Positions 41,335 through 55,476 of a stretch of 64,000 nt of DNA are shown here, one piece after another (the stretch's first letter is position 1; each line of letters begins with the position of its first letter). This stretch comes from Rhynchobatus australiae. Its lineage: Eukaryota. The stretch is taken from NCBI GenBank assembly GCA_034780895.1, contig JAUZTB010000002.1:58769072-58833071 (forward strand). Direction: 5' to 3'. The notes under the pieces are model-generated. The model had not been told where the DNA came from. It worked only from the letters and a program-made list of their open reading frames with translations, and made no database searches. Made by a program: the position numbers and the translations under genes.

Positions 41335-42892
41335 CAGCAGATTAAGGTGGATAAATCCCCAGGGCCTGACAGAGTACATCCTTGGACTTTGTGGGTGGCT
41401 AGAGAAGAGATTGCAGAGGGCCTTGCAGAAATATTTGCTTTATTGTTGGCCACTGGTGAAGTTCCCAAGACTGGAAGGTGGCTAACGTCATTCTGTTGTT
41501 TAAGAAGGGTAACAAGGACATGCTAGGGAACTACAGACCAGTTTGCCTGACATCAGTGGTGGGGAAGTTACTGGTGGGAATTCTGAGGGACAGGATCTAC
41601 CAGCATTTGGATAGACAGAGTCTGATTAGGAGGAGTCAGCATGGTTTTGTGCATGGACAGTCATGTTTGATGAATTTTTTTTGAGAGATTTTAATTGAAG
41701 AGGTAACCAAAAAGGTAGATGAGGATAGGGCAGTGGGTATTGTCTATTCAGACTTTAGCAAGGCCTTTGACAATGCCCCACATGGCAGGGTGGTCGGGNN
41801 NNNNNNNNNNNNNNNNNNNNNNNNNNNNNNNNNNNGAGAGAACTAGTTGGGAGGATTCAAAATTGGTTCAGAGGTTGGTGGTTGAAGGCTGTTTCTCGGA
41901 ATGGAAATCAATGATGAGTGGTGTGCTGCAGGAGTCGGTGTTGGGACCCTTGTTATTTGTTATTTATATAAATGATTTGAATGTGAATATACAAGGCTTG
42001 ATCAGTGAGTTTGCAGATGACACGAAATTAGAGGTGTTGCTGATAGTGAAGAAGGTTATTGTAGATTATAGGGGGATCTCGATCAGTTAGGGAAGTGGGC
42101 CGAGGAGTGGCAAATGGATTTCATCACAGATAGTGTGAGGTGATGAATTTTGGAAAGTCAAACCAGAGCAGGACTTGTACTATGAACGGTAGGACACTCG
42201 GAACAGAGGGACCCAGGAGTACAAGTGCATAGTTCATTGAAAGCGACATCGCAGGTTGACAGAGTGGTGAAAAAGGTGTTTAGCACGCTCGCTTTCATCA
42301 GTTAGGGCATTGAGTATAAGAGATGGGACATTATGTTGCAGTTGTACAAATCGTTGGTGACACTGCACTTGGAGTACTGTGTACAGTTTTGATCACCCCG
42401 TTATCAGAAAGATGTGGTTAAGCTGGAAAGGGTGCAGAAAAAAATTATGAGGATGTTGCCAGGACTAAAGAGCCTGAGTCATAGGGAGAGATTGGCCAGT
42501 TTAGGTCTTTTTTCTTTGGAATGTAGGAGAATGGGGGGGAGCGACCTTATTGAAGTGTTTAAAATTATGAGTAACAGTCTTTTCCCCAGGGTAGGGGAGT
42601 CCAAAACTAGAGGGCATAGATTTAGGATGAGAGGGGAAAGATTTAAAAGGGACCTGAGGGACAACTTTTTCACGTAGTGGTAAGTAGATGGAATGAGCTG
42701 CCAGAGGAAGTGGTTGAGGCAGGTACAATAGTATCATTTAAGAAGCACTTGGACAGGTACATGGAGGGGAGGGGCCTGGAGGGATATGAGCTGAACACAG
42801 GAAGTTGGGACTAGCTCGAAGGACAACGTGGTTGGCATGGACTTGTTGGGCCGAAGGGCCTGTATTTGTGCTGTATTGTTCTATGACACTAT
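41335..42892 (+). mobile_element. 5'-truncated CR1-clade LINE (RT remnant plus 3' tail)
   Basis: KSPGPD, GNYRPVCLTSVVGK, SQHGFV, SGVLQESVLGPLLF, FADDTK, LERVQK; frameshifts; tail TTCTATGACACTAT. Confidence 0.92.
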
Positions 42893-43019
42893 ATTGTGCC
42901 TCAGTGGGTTAAGGGGTACAGAGAAGACTTCCACTTATCTAACTCCATTCACAACAGTAGAATGTTTTGATGCACTTCACAGTAGATTAAATTAAAAAGA
43001 TCTTCCATTTGTAAGTCTC

Positions 43020-43320
43020 AAATTGTTCCAAAGCATTTTAGAGGCAATGAAATATGTTGAATTATGGGCTTAATGTAAGAAAAGCATCAGCCAATATGCA
43101 CACAACAAGCTCCCACAAACAGTAGTGCGATGAGGATCAAATAATCTGTCATTCAAATGTTGGTTATCAGGTAAATATTGACCAAAATACAAAGGATAGT
43201 TCTCCTGCTCTTCTTCAAAATACTGCTGTGGGATCTTTTTTCTTACATTCACCTCACAATACGTTTTCATTTCAAGATGTCACCCACACTAAAAGGTCAC
43301 CCACCTCAGTATTGTCAGCT
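43020..43320 (-). mobile_element. Deu-domain SINE (SacSINE1/AmnSINE1-like)
   Basis: Minus strand AAAGATCCCACAGCAGTATTTTGAAGAAGAGCAGGAGAA...CTGTTTGTGGGAGCTTG resembles the recalled Deu-domain consensus. Confidence 0.7.
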
Positions 43321-43751
43321 GACATTTTGAGGCCACGTTCTGGGAAAATCTGTCTCATAACTTCTGAATTTCAGTACAACCCACCTGTTCTGGGCTTTGG
43401 ATCCTGAGGCTCTTAGCTGTGCTCATCGGTATACAAAATGGAATCTGAACCCATCACTCATCCTCCAAGCCCCGCAAGTAAAGTTTGGCTCTCTGCTTCC
43501 CTGGGCTGTCTACATATACCACAATCAATAAATGGGTCCAGTTTTCCCCACCCAGGTATTATTGGAGTGACTCTTGGTCCCCTTGTATTTATTCTGACAC
43601 ATGGCTAGCAGAATGCAAAGGAAACGCAGGTTATAATACCGGCCAAAGCCTGCTTTGCAGATTTTCAAGCTAAAATTTGTTGTCTTCTCTGGATCTTCTC
43701 CCAGGAGCATAAACCTACTCAATAATCCTGGCAGTAGAAATGAGAGATTAC

Positions 43752-44035
<284 letters not shown>

Positions 44036-46362
44036 TTAGTAAAGAAAATGCAAGAAGCTACATCATTACAGATACATGGATCAGGGAAGATTTTTGTTTT
44101 TACCTTTTTGAAGATAACAGTCCCAAAGAGTAAGTTACAAAAGCAACAGAAGTTAGCAGGATATAACCATACAAGTACAGCGGATACTGGAATGTGAACT
44201 AAAATCAGGAACTGCTGGGAATGATCAGGAGGACAGACAGCATCTCAACTTTCTGACGCAACCTGAGGCATTAACTTTGATTTTCTCTCTGTGTTGATGC
44301 TGTACAGCCTGCTGAGTATTTCTGGCATTTTCTGTTTAATGCTTTGATTTAATATGCACAACAGTGGAAGGTACTGTGGAGGAAGCAAATCCTGAACTGA
44401 TTAAAAGTGAGCAGAGAATTCTTAAAATACATTAAAGAATCAGAGAATCACATCTGTTCAATATGGACAATATGCCTGAGATAAATATTATGGAAATTGC
44501 ATATTTCTCTCTGGAAACACAAAAAGCCTCTCTCTCTCTCTGTCTCTGCGTTCTTTTGTTTAACAAAGAACATTTTTTATTTAACTTATAAGCTACCCTT
44601 CAGTATCTTAATCAGTGATGCTGTTAGAGAATGTAACATACAGATTTCAACGATTAGAAAACTGGACACTGAGGGTATCTGGGGCCCTCAAGTCAGAGTG
44701 ACTAAGTTCACAAACTGAGTCACTGAATCACACTGGATGCAAGAAGGCAAATTCACTCTTTGACCTTGGGCCNNNNNNNNNNNNNNNNNNNNNNNNNNNN
44801 NNNNNNNNNNNNNNNNNNNNNNNNNNNNNNNNNNNNNNNNNNNNNNNNNNNNNNNNNNNNNNNNNNNNNNNNNNNNNNNNNNNNNNNNNNNNNNNNNNNN
44901 NNNNNNNNNNNNNNNNNNNNNNNNNNNNNNNNNNNNNNNNNNNNNNNNNNNNNNNNNNNNNNNNNNNNNNNNNNNNNNNNNNNNNNNNNNNNNNNNNNNN
45001 NNNNNNNNNNNNNNNNNNNNNNNNNNNNNNNNNNNNNNNNNNNNNNNNNNNNNNNNNNNNNNNNNNNNNNNNNNNNNNNNNNNNNNNNNNNNNNNNNNNN
45101 NNNNNNNNNNNNNNNNNNNNNNNNNNNNNNNNNNNNNNNNNNNNNNNNNNNNNNNNNNNNNNNNNNNNNNNNNNNNNNNNNNNNNNNNNNNNNNNNNNNN
45201 NNNNNNNNNNNNNNNNNNNNNNNNNNNNNNNNNNNNNNNNNNNNNNNNNNNNNNNNNNNNNNNNNNNNNNNNNNNNNNNNNNNNNNNNNNNNNNNNNNNN
45301 NNNNNNNNNNNNNNNNNNNNNNNNNNNNNNNNNNNNNNNNNNNNNNNNNNNNNNNNNNNNNNNNNNNNNNNNNNNNNNNNNNNNNNNNNNNNNNNNNNNN
45401 NNNNNNNNNNNNNNNNNNNNNNNNNNNNNNNNNNNNNNNNNNNNNNNNNNNNNNNNNNNNNNNNNNNNNNNNNNNNNNNNNNNNNNNNNNNNNNNNNNNN
45501 NNNNNNNNNNNNNNNNNNNNNNNNNNNNNNNNNNNNNNNNNNNNNNNNNNNNNNNNNNNNNNNNNNNNNNNNNNNNNNNNNNNNNNNNNNNNNNNNNNNN
45601 NNNNNNNNNNNNNNNNNNNNAGCTATTTCTAGTTTCGAATGCTTTTATATATGATTTTGAAAATATCTGGCAAGTGGTTCTTCACAGGAACCATATGTAA
45701 ACAGTGCAGCCACCTGACACTCTGCTGCATGTTATGAGAATGGGGAGGAATGATTCTAAATGATGTTAAATTGAAATAGGGGTGGGGATTCTAAGAGCCA
45801 AGAAGAGTAATCAATAAACTATAAATAGATTAACAGTGAAGAATTAGGACATCTAAAGCCTTCTGAATCTTCAGCCCCTTCTCAGAAGAATGACTATAAG
45901 AACATAGGAAGCAGGAACAGGAGTAAAGGTGTAAGGTCCTTAAATTGAAGCTATTCCTGCGCTTCACAGCTGATCTTCAATGTCAACCCTTCAAATCTAT
46001 ATATCTTTCAATTCTCTCACTGTCCAAGTTTCTACGAATCTATGTCTTAAATATTTTCATCAACTGAACATTTAAAGTGCTCTGAAATACTCAAAGTTCT
46101 TAAATTTCTGAGTAAAGGCATTTCTTCTCATCCCTGTCTTAAAAGGCTAACTCCACCTGAGACTATGATCCCCAATTGTAGATCAGCGTGGATCAGAATG
46201 ACTTAAATAGGGATAATATTACAAGACATTGCCTCCTGTGCCAACTGTAATGCCAATGATGAAGATCTAATGCAATATTTGCATGAGCACGCATGCCCTT
46301 GGTTTCTCAGAAATGTTTCTTCACGTAACTGATTTGCAAGAGATGAGGAACATTTAATGTAC

Positions 46363-46453
46363 CATCTCCCTTATGCAGGTCTTCAGCCGCTCTCTGTCCA
46401 GCTTTGTCCTCCCTAATGCATTTTGGTCTTTATTTCCTAGTGACACAAAGCGG
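46363..46453 (-). CDS. OTOF: Otoferlin exon 20 equivalent (91 nt)
   Basis: RFVSLGNKDQNALGRTKLDRERLKTCIREM. Confidence 0.95.
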
Positions 46454-47269
46454 CTGTTGAGAGAACACAGCGGTAAAAGTTCAGATACAAAGTTCCCTTC
46501 TTCAGAGAGTATTTTCATATGAAATGGAACAAAAGCTTAATTATTCTAGTAATACAAGACATACATTTCATTCTTAGTTTCAAAATCTGTAAATACTTTG
46601 ATTTTCTGGTCTTGGAATATATCAAAGCATCTTTCAGTCAATTGTGCATTTGATGTATGATGTTTGTTGTGTTGTATATGATATAGTTGCTGTATCATAT
46701 TCATGAATAACACNNNNNNNNNNNNNNNNNNNNNNNNNNNNNNNNGATCTGTTTTTGGTAATACTAGAAGAGAAATGCTTATTCCTTCCGAAAGTGTCAT
46801 GAGCTTTAACATTCACCAGCTGCAGGATGACCAGATGTAGATCTAACACTTGTGAAGCTGTAACAATGCAGTAGTCCCTCAACGCCAAACTAAACACACA
46901 CTTTAGAACCCAGAGATAAGAGTGTTATCAAGTTAACCGGCTAACAGTGAACATATTCTGAAGGAGCAGGGCAAGAAAGGAATAGTCATTCATCAAAAAA
47001 TAGAGTCAGGATGTAGAACAATGCAGCTTAAAATAAAAAACTTAAATTGAAAGAGGAAAGTATTAAAAAGGAATATAATGTGTTATGTCCTTAAAAATAA
47101 TAACTGTTTTCAACATAAATCTATTTAGCCATTTTTCACAGAGTATGTTACAAGAAATCAGCTTCACCTTCATTAACCAAAGATTGAATTTGTAGTGATA
47201 ACTGTGATCCATGTGACTAAAGCAGTATTGCAATCATTTTAGAGCCAGGAGACTTGTATTTATACCCAC

Positions 47270-47370
47270 TTGCATCCATTGCTCAACTCCTCCAAGACGC
47301 CTCGGAGCCGTCGCTCTGGGTGTGGCTTTTCTGTCTTCATGATCTCCTGAACATCATTTAAACCTTCCTC
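47270..47370 (-). CDS. OTOF: Otoferlin exon 19 equivalent (101 nt)
   Basis: [33 protein letters not shown]. Confidence 0.96.
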
Positions 47371-47989
47371 CTGTTGTCAAAAATTAGAAGATATTACACA
47401 ATGACAAAACTGAAGAAAATGAGCCNNNNNNNNNNCCCCTGCTCCTTCCCACTCTCCCTGGAAACTCACCAATGTCTCATTTTTACACTTCCTCTCAACT
47501 TACCAAGCTTGCTGGAAAATTTATAATACTCCATATACAAAAATGAATTAAAAGTGTGTTGGAGTATCAATTGGAACAACAACTGACAGTCAAAAAAATC
47601 TCCCTGCCTGGCACCACCAGAGTTCCTCAGGTGCCAGATTACCAGAGTTTTACTATAATACACTTCATTTACTGGAAGTAATTTATACATTTTATATGTT
47701 CTTACTAACATTTCCTAGTTTTATTTGTTTTCCATCTTTATCTTGCATCTTCAAATACAGTTTTATAAATACTCTTCATCTGGCCACTTGGGGATGTGCT
47801 CGGGCACTGTGGGGTGACTTGCTGCCCAAGAATGTGGAGAAGCTGCAGCTACATTCAATAACTTGAAACCCAGAGAGTCAGAAGCACAAATTGCAGTCCT
47901 AATATTGAATGGTCCTCATGTTGCACATTGAGGTGTCAACATACCAAAGCTACGAGATTGCAAATGGTAAACAAACTCCTGCAATAAAC

Positions 47990-49110
47990 TGAATGAAAAA
48001 CACAATGATGCTGGAGGAACTCAGCAGGCCAGGCAGCATCCGATAAGAAAAGCAGGCCGTCAATGTTTTGGGTCAGGACCCTTCTTCAGGACTGTATAGG
48101 AAAAGGGGAAGCCCAATATATAGGAGGGAAAAGCAGCAGTGACAGGTGGACAAAAGAAGGGAGGCAGGGTGGGCACAAGGTGGTGATAGGTAGATGCAGG
48201 AAAGAGAGTGATCAGCAGGTGTGGGGAAGGAAGGGAGAGCATATACACCGGGGGGATGGGTCAAATGTAAGGAGGAAAAAGATGGAGGTAGAAAGAAGAG
48301 GCAGTCCTCCCCCCTACCCATTCCACTCCCACCTGGGAACTTTCCACTGCCCCTGCCATAGGTGCAGCACTTGCCCCTACACCACCTCCATCCAGGGACT
48401 CAAACAGTCCTTTCAGGTGAGACAGATTCACCTGCACCTCCTTTATTATCATCTACTGTATTCGGTGCTCCAAGTGTGGCCTCCTCTGCATTGGTGAGAC
48501 CAAACACAGACCAGGTGACCGTTTCGCAGAACACCAGCACTCCGTCCGTAACCGCGATCTGCATCTCCGTGTTCCCTGTCACTTCAACTCCCCCTCCCAC
48601 ACTATCACAGATATGTCACTCCTTGGGTCTCCTCCGCTGACAGAATTCCAAGTGCACCTCATTTTCCAAATTGAAACCCTGCAGCCTAACGGCATGAACA
48701 TTGCATTCTCCCCACTTTAAGTAATCCCCCTGCCAACCATGCTTCTTCTTTCCTTCCCTTTCCTAGCCTATTTCTCTTTTATTTACCCACCCCCTTTTTT
48801 CCTCTTTACCTTTGACCCACCCCCCGGTGGATCTGCTCTCCCCTTTTCCCCCGTTCCTGCCTATCACTATCTCTAACCTGCATCTACCTATCACCACCTT
48901 GTCCCCACCCCGCCTCCCCTCTTTTGTCCACCTATCGCTGCTCTGCTCTGCCCTCCTATAAACTGGACTTCCCCTTTTCCTATCTTCAGTCCTGAAGAAG
49001 GGTCCTGACCTGAAACATTGCTTGCTTTTTTCCACGTATGCTGCCTGGCCTGCTGAGTTCCTCCACCATCATGGTGTTTATCATCTGGATTCTGCCATCT
49101 GCAGTCCTTT
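47990..49110 (+). mobile_element. Penelope-like retroelement 3' fragment (GIY-YIG endonuclease remnant) with an inverted terminal copy
   Basis: GTFHCPCHRCSTCPY..., IIYCIRCSKCGLLCIGETKHRPGDRFAEH...HFNSPSH; 48000-48300 is an inverted copy of ~48790-49075. Confidence 0.85.
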
Positions 49111-50639
49111 ATTTCTCTTGCAATAAATTGCTTCTCTTCACCATGATTGCCTATTTCAGGGCCTGGAGGCAGAATCAAATTACTACTACATGGAGGCTTT
49201 CTTGAATGTTATTTTAAATGGGGTGAACCACATTACTGGCTATATTGAACACTTTTTTAAATGGGAAAAACCTTCTTGTTTTGATCAGATCTCATGAGGG
49301 GATAATGTCAGCATGCTCATAATCTGCTGTTTATACATTAATTAGGCTTCTGGCCTATGCTGTCATAGTTTTGACTTATTTNNNNNNNNNNNNNNNNNNN
49401 NNNNNNNNNNNNNNNNNNNNNNNNNNNNNNNNNNNNNNNNNNNNNNNNNNNNNNNNNNNNNNNNNNNNNNNNNNNNNNNNNACTTATTTCAGCATGTGAG
49501 AATATTATAATGAACAATATAATACCCAGCATTTATGAAAGTGGTAATAATTAGGGTCGTTGAATCATTAAAAAAAAGCAGGATTAAAATATTTATTTCC
49601 AAATTAATCCTGATTTTAATCTCACTGTTAAATTTTAACATAATATTAATCCTTTGACTTTTATAACCTCTGATAATGTAATTCAAAATTCTAATTGCAT
49701 AAAAATCCCTCCCTGGACTTGCCATTTCCAATCTCTGTGACTGCCTGCAGTCCTACAACCCTCAGATCTCTGCAGCTCTCCATTTCCAGCTTTTTGCACA
49801 TCCACAGTTTCTTCACACTTCCAGCCACGGATCACATGGGGCTTGGTTACACTCAATTTAAGTACATGAGATGCTGCAAGGGGAGGTGAGTAAGGACTCC
49901 AGGTCAGTCAAGCTGGGTTTCATGCCCCTTGATCTTCACTCACTCTGGGCAAAGGTGACTGAGCCAAACTTAACTAAACCAGAGTCATTTTCAGAGCAGT
50001 GGGAGATCACTGGATCTGGATTTGGTTTGGGCAGATCTGCAGAGCCTGAGTAAAGGTCTTCTCCAGTAGTTATGGTGCTGGGGGATTGCTCCAAGTAGTG
50101 TTTGGAGCAGGTGATGAATCAAATTGAGCCCAGCTTTCAATCCAGGACATTGAATCAGCTGTCTCCCCCTGTGCTGTGTCCAGGAGAAATAGCCTTTTGC
50201 TACATGTTTCCTACCCTTTGAACATCACTTAGTCTTTTTCCTTGTGTTGCGTTCTGGGNNNNNNNNNNNNNNNNNNNNNNNNNNNNNNNNNNNNNNNNNN
50301 NNNNNNNNNNNNNNNNNNNNNNNNNNNNNNNNNNNNNNNNNNNNNNNNNNNNNNNNNNNNNNNNNNNNNNNGTTTGCATTTTTCTCTTTACTGGTGAGCC
50401 GTATGCCCTTGACCAAGACGCTGTCTCTGCACCCCAGTCTTCTCTTTCTCTTCCTGCTCCACCTCTCTCTAAAAGCCCAAGTTGCCCACAAAATGCCACT
50501 GCAAACAGATGCTGCGATGATTGTGTCAGCTGTTGACCTGCAGTCCTCCTTACTCACTACATGCAGGTTAGGGTGGAAGCATTCACATAAGAACCCAAGA
50601 GAAAAGAGCACCAGGATGTTAGTTGGTCCTTCAACCTTA

Positions 50640-51800
50640 TCCACCATTAAATAAGATCATGGCTGATCCAGTCTTGGCTTCAACAGCACTTCCCAGCTGT
50701 CCCCATATCATTTGGCTTCTTTGTAGTTTAAAGGTCTCTTAATGTCCACCTGGAATTATATTCAATTGCTCTGCCTCCACAGCCCTCTGGAATAGAGAAT
50801 TCCAAAATCCAAGAATTTCTTCCCCATCTGCAGCTGAATTGAGTGACCCCCCTGTTCTTATCCACAGTTGGAACAGAACATCCTCTCAGTATCCACTCTG
50901 ACATCTTTCCCCAACTCCCCCCCCCACCAGCCGCACCCCCGAGTCTTTTATGTTTTGATAAGGTCACCTCTCAGTCTTCCAAACTTCAATGAGTAGCAGC
51001 TCAACCTGTTCAATCTTTCTTTACATGTCAGTAGCTTCATCCTAGGAATCAACCTAGTGAAACTTTCCTGCACTGCCTCTAAAACCAGCACATCCTTTGT
51101 AATGTAGAGAACAAAACTGTGCACAGTATTACCACAGTAAACTTACCATTGTATTGCAAAGCTGCACCAAAACATCCCTATTAAACCTCATGCATCTTGC
51201 AATAAAAACCAACATTCTGTTAATCTTCCTAATTATAACTGCACTTGAATACTAACTTTTTGCCGTTCATGGTCTAGGATCTTCAGATCCCTTTGTACCA
51301 CAGCATTTTGTAGTCCCAGTTTAAATAATAATTTGTTTCTCATTCTTCTTTCCAAAGTGGATTAGCTCATATTTTCCTACATCCTCCTCCATCCACCAAT
51401 TCTTGCCCACTCACTGAATCTATCTATATCCCTTCATCCTCACACATTGCTAATTCAATTGTCTTTGTATCATCAGCAAATTTTACCATAGTATACTCAT
51501 CCAAGTCATCAATATGGATTATCAGTGACTCTCTGTTTCCTATTGGGTAGCCAGCCAGTACATTACCTCCAACCCATGTGTTCTTGAATTTTGCAGTAAT
51601 CTTATATGTGGCACCTTTTGGAATGCCTTCCAGAAATCCAATGCATTACACTTATTAGTTGTTTATTCACTGTGTTTGTAACATCATCAAGCAACTCCAG
51701 CAAATTTGCCAAACAATTTCTCTTTCATGAAACCATGTTGATTCTGCTTGATTGTCACACGATTTTCTAAATGTTTGGTCTTACCTTCTTAATAATGGAT
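50640..51800 (-). mobile_element. Decayed CR1-like LINE 3' fragment
   Basis: Minus-strand similarity to the 41335-42892 element (GGTGACCTTATC, TTTGCTGATGATAC, CAACATGGTTTC). Confidence 0.7.
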
Positions 51801-53022
51801 CTTATGTTGCAATCTTCACTCCTACACATCAGGATTAACTTGGTGTAACTGAGTCGGCTAGAATGTGCGGTGCCTGGAGGCAACTGGGGGTGACTTGGAG
51901 GGGAGCCTAATATCTGAGACACAATGCAGGGAGGGGAGGAAATGCTCTTGGCTCAAGCAATATTTGGGAGAATAAAGTATCGGAGTATGCTTCATTTGTA
52001 TTTTTTGAAAACTATGAACACCACAGTACAATCAGCATGTTCATTGGTGACTATCATATATTAAATAAATTAATGTAGTTATTTGCGATCAGGTTAATTT
52101 GTGTCAATTGACAGTTCCAGTAAAAAAACCATGCATAAAAGTGTTGGAAAATCAAAAAGAAAATTAATTTTTTGGCAGCTTACAAGTGACTTGAAATGAT
52201 ATGGCACCTGCAAAGCTACATTAAATGGGATATGTGTGCAGGGCTAACAGCACATGATCCAAGACCCTGCTGCAGCAAAATTCAAGGGGCTGGACGATGA
52301 ACAAGTCATTGTGGAACACACAAAAACTGGTTTGGTGTCAAGTCTGGATCTGGCTGACATTGGGGAAAAGGGAGTGTAGGGTGCTAGGAGAGTTAGGACA
52401 TCAGCTAGAGTGGATTAGGACCTTTTGTAGGTATCAGCCTGACGATCAATAAGGTGTGTGATTTGGGTTGGTGGAGTGGAGTGGGGTTGGGAGCGTGGGC
52501 TATTGGAGGTATGGGGACAATGGCAAAAGTTGAGCTGAAGGTAAGAGTGGGGGGTGAGGGATAGACTCCTGATCATGATGGTCACAACCAGGATATGGGT
52601 CGTTGGGTCATGCAAGTCCTCAAAAAAGAGAGAAGGAACTTTGTGAAGCTGGGCTTCTGTATGAGTGGCTCGAACTGCCCACCGAATCTGTTGCATGCTC
52701 ATGAATCAGATAAGTTGTACCCAAGTATGCTTGATAGCCCGTGCAAGTTTAGCTGCTCCATGCATTAGAGCACCAAAGTATGGAGCAGCTGGGAAGAAAA
52801 TTGCATACTTTATGGAACTTGTTTATTTTAATCCAAACTTTCCTTGACAATTGATTTCTTATTGAAATTGAAATGCAGGGTTCAGTTAAATGTTGTGCTG
52901 CTTGCCTCAATTTCTTGCCGTTCAGCACTCAAAAGGGTTTTTTCATTTCAGTGTAACATGCCAGTGGAAAAGACCCTGTTCAAGTAGATAGTTTGGAAAA
53001 AAGGGTATCACAAAAAACGTAC

Positions 53023-53143
53023 CAGTTTATCTGCAATCTTGTCCATGATATTTGCATTGTAGAGTCGCCTTCGTTGGTCTTGCCACCAGCTTTTGATATA
53101 TGTGCAAGGTTTCTTTTCAAAGTACGGTAGATGGAAGTAATTT
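53023..53143 (-). CDS. OTOF: Otoferlin exon 18 equivalent (121 nt)
   Basis: [40 protein letters not shown]. Confidence 0.97.
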
Positions 53144-55292
53144 CTGAAATGAAATAGCAACAAGTAACTGCGTAGATTAGATCAATAGGCTTTTCCTATT
53201 ATGTACATTGCTTTCTTCTGGATGCTGTTCACTGGTAGACTATCAGAATACCGCTGAAAATTTCATCAGTTACACAAAACTAATATAATCCTTCACTTTT
53301 CAAAAGTATTCATATTTGTCCAATAAAAGTACTTTATTTGTTCTACTTATAGTAGTGTTATTTTCATACTCACAACATTGATATTTCACATTAAAAATAA
53401 GTAGCAACACAGATATAAAATTACCCCTTCGTAACATAACATATCTTCTACCTTTTGCATGCTGTACTCTGACAACCAGGCCTTACAGACTAATGTCATG
53501 AGATCTAATTTTTAAGGGAATCACCATTATTGGTGCATGCATTATTGTGAACCAAAATAGCTTTATACATGGACATTTAAAACACTTGATTAAAATCTGC
53601 CTTCTTTAAATGTCAGCACAAACAAAACAAGACAGCAGGCATCTATGACTCTTAATGCAGCAGTGGTGGCAAATTGCTGACTTCATTCCATTACAAGCCA
53701 ACACATTCTCACAGCAAACACGGTTGTACACAAGTAACATAATATTTTTAACTCTCTGGATGAGGAATGGTGCATGTACTCAACTTTTTCTTGGTAAACA
53801 GTGAGAAATTAAATCAATTGCTCAGATTTATTCAAAACTTCAAGTACATTTAAGCTTCGTTGGGATTTCGGTACATGGAAGAATCCCAAGAGACATCCAG
53901 AGTAATCGTTACTCGATCATAATTTGGGTGATTCCCAATCTATTCTGAGATGGCTTATCTGAAGCAGTATAATAGAACTCAACGTAATCCAATTTCATTT
54001 TCGTTAAAATTTCTGCAAGACGCAAATGTATTTAACAGTGGTGCTTAAATATGACCATTGCTTCTAATAGATGAGGCCTTGAGTATCTCTTCCAATTATG
54101 CTGTTCAAAATTGTTATATGGTGACTTCAACAATCTTGTCAAAATATAAACCAGCTTAGAAGCATTACTGGGAAACTACATCAGATTTACACAAGATTAT
54201 CACCATTGGCTCAAACAGTTTCCTTGCTGACAACCTATCAGCTGATTTTCTATTTTTGCTGCTCGTCATTATTCTGTATTATTCTTGGGTCCACTCTGTC
54301 TAATANNNNNNNNNNTAAGTGGCGTGCGAGTTACTTCCTCACTTCCTCACTCTATCCCTTCTACTTCAGAGTGCTACTGGAAATATGACACAGTGCAGTA
54401 GGCAGCTGGCCTCAGGTGGGGGGTTGAAACAAAGAAAATAATTTGTGAATGAGGAGACTGGAAGTCCACCTGAAGCATTCCAAACAGTGGTCATTTTTAA
54501 TATTTCAGAGTACATCCTAACTGCCTAATTTAGATCAACCTCAAGGCCTTCAACAATGCCAGATAACAATTGCACCTTGCTTTTCTTCCTATGTTGATGG
54601 GGTGCAAATGCAGGGAAATAAATTTTGCTTTGTTCATAGAGATCTTACTAGTCTCACTGATTTACACCATTTATCCAATTAAGAATAAAAGATCTGTGGA
54701 ATAGTTTGAGGTAGAACCGTCATAAACAGATCATAGCTCAATTTCTTCCCACATTCACTCAGACCATGGCCTATCACCTGGACTCATCACACACGGAGGC
54801 CTCCAGTCAGTTGTGGTGAGGTCTCTGTGGCAAGTAGGCCTCAGGATGTTGGGGCCCTTCCCTTTCTCCAGAAAGCCTCAAAAAGCCTTTAAGGCATGGT
54901 TGGGATGGCGCTTCATCTAAACTATTGAGGCTTTGAGATAGTGTTTAAACTTGTTCTCACACTAGTTTGCTTTTGATCAAAGGAAGGAAAATCAATTCCA
55001 GAAGTTAGCAATTTGCAGTAATTGTACTTCACACCTAGTACAATATAACTGTAATATTGTCAGATTAATGGAGAGGAGACTCTTGATGCTTCCCCTCTGA
55101 TATTAAGGTGTCATATTTAGATGCCATTCAGAATCTCCTGAGTAAATCGTTCTCACATGGCATTAGCTGAGCTTGTTTGTCCCTGAAAGGAAACCAGGAC
55201 TGCAGAATAGAGCTGTGTGCTTAAAGTACACAGTTCTTTGTCTGAAAGACAAGTGAAGAGTTTGGTGATATCCTCCTTTATGGAACACAAAC

Positions 55293-55476
55293 CTGTCAGT
55301 AATCACAGGTTTCATTGGTGGAGTGCAGGACACAGAAACTAGGTCCCCATCATCATTTGCTTCATCTTCACTCGAGTTCTGGAGAAGCTCTGTTTCCTCC
55401 TCGTCACCATCTCCTCCACCTTTTTTCCTACGAATTGTTGGCTTGCTTATTCCATCAATTTGGTTTCCATAGTTAC
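55293..55476 (-). CDS. OTOF: Otoferlin exon 17 equivalent (184 nt)
   Basis: [60 protein letters not shown]; acceptor ...CTTCTTCCGAG. Confidence 0.94.

Noticed and set aside
41281-42737. ORFs with reverse-transcriptase motifs as a functional gene
   Set aside because: Frameshifted, 5'-truncated CR1-like copy
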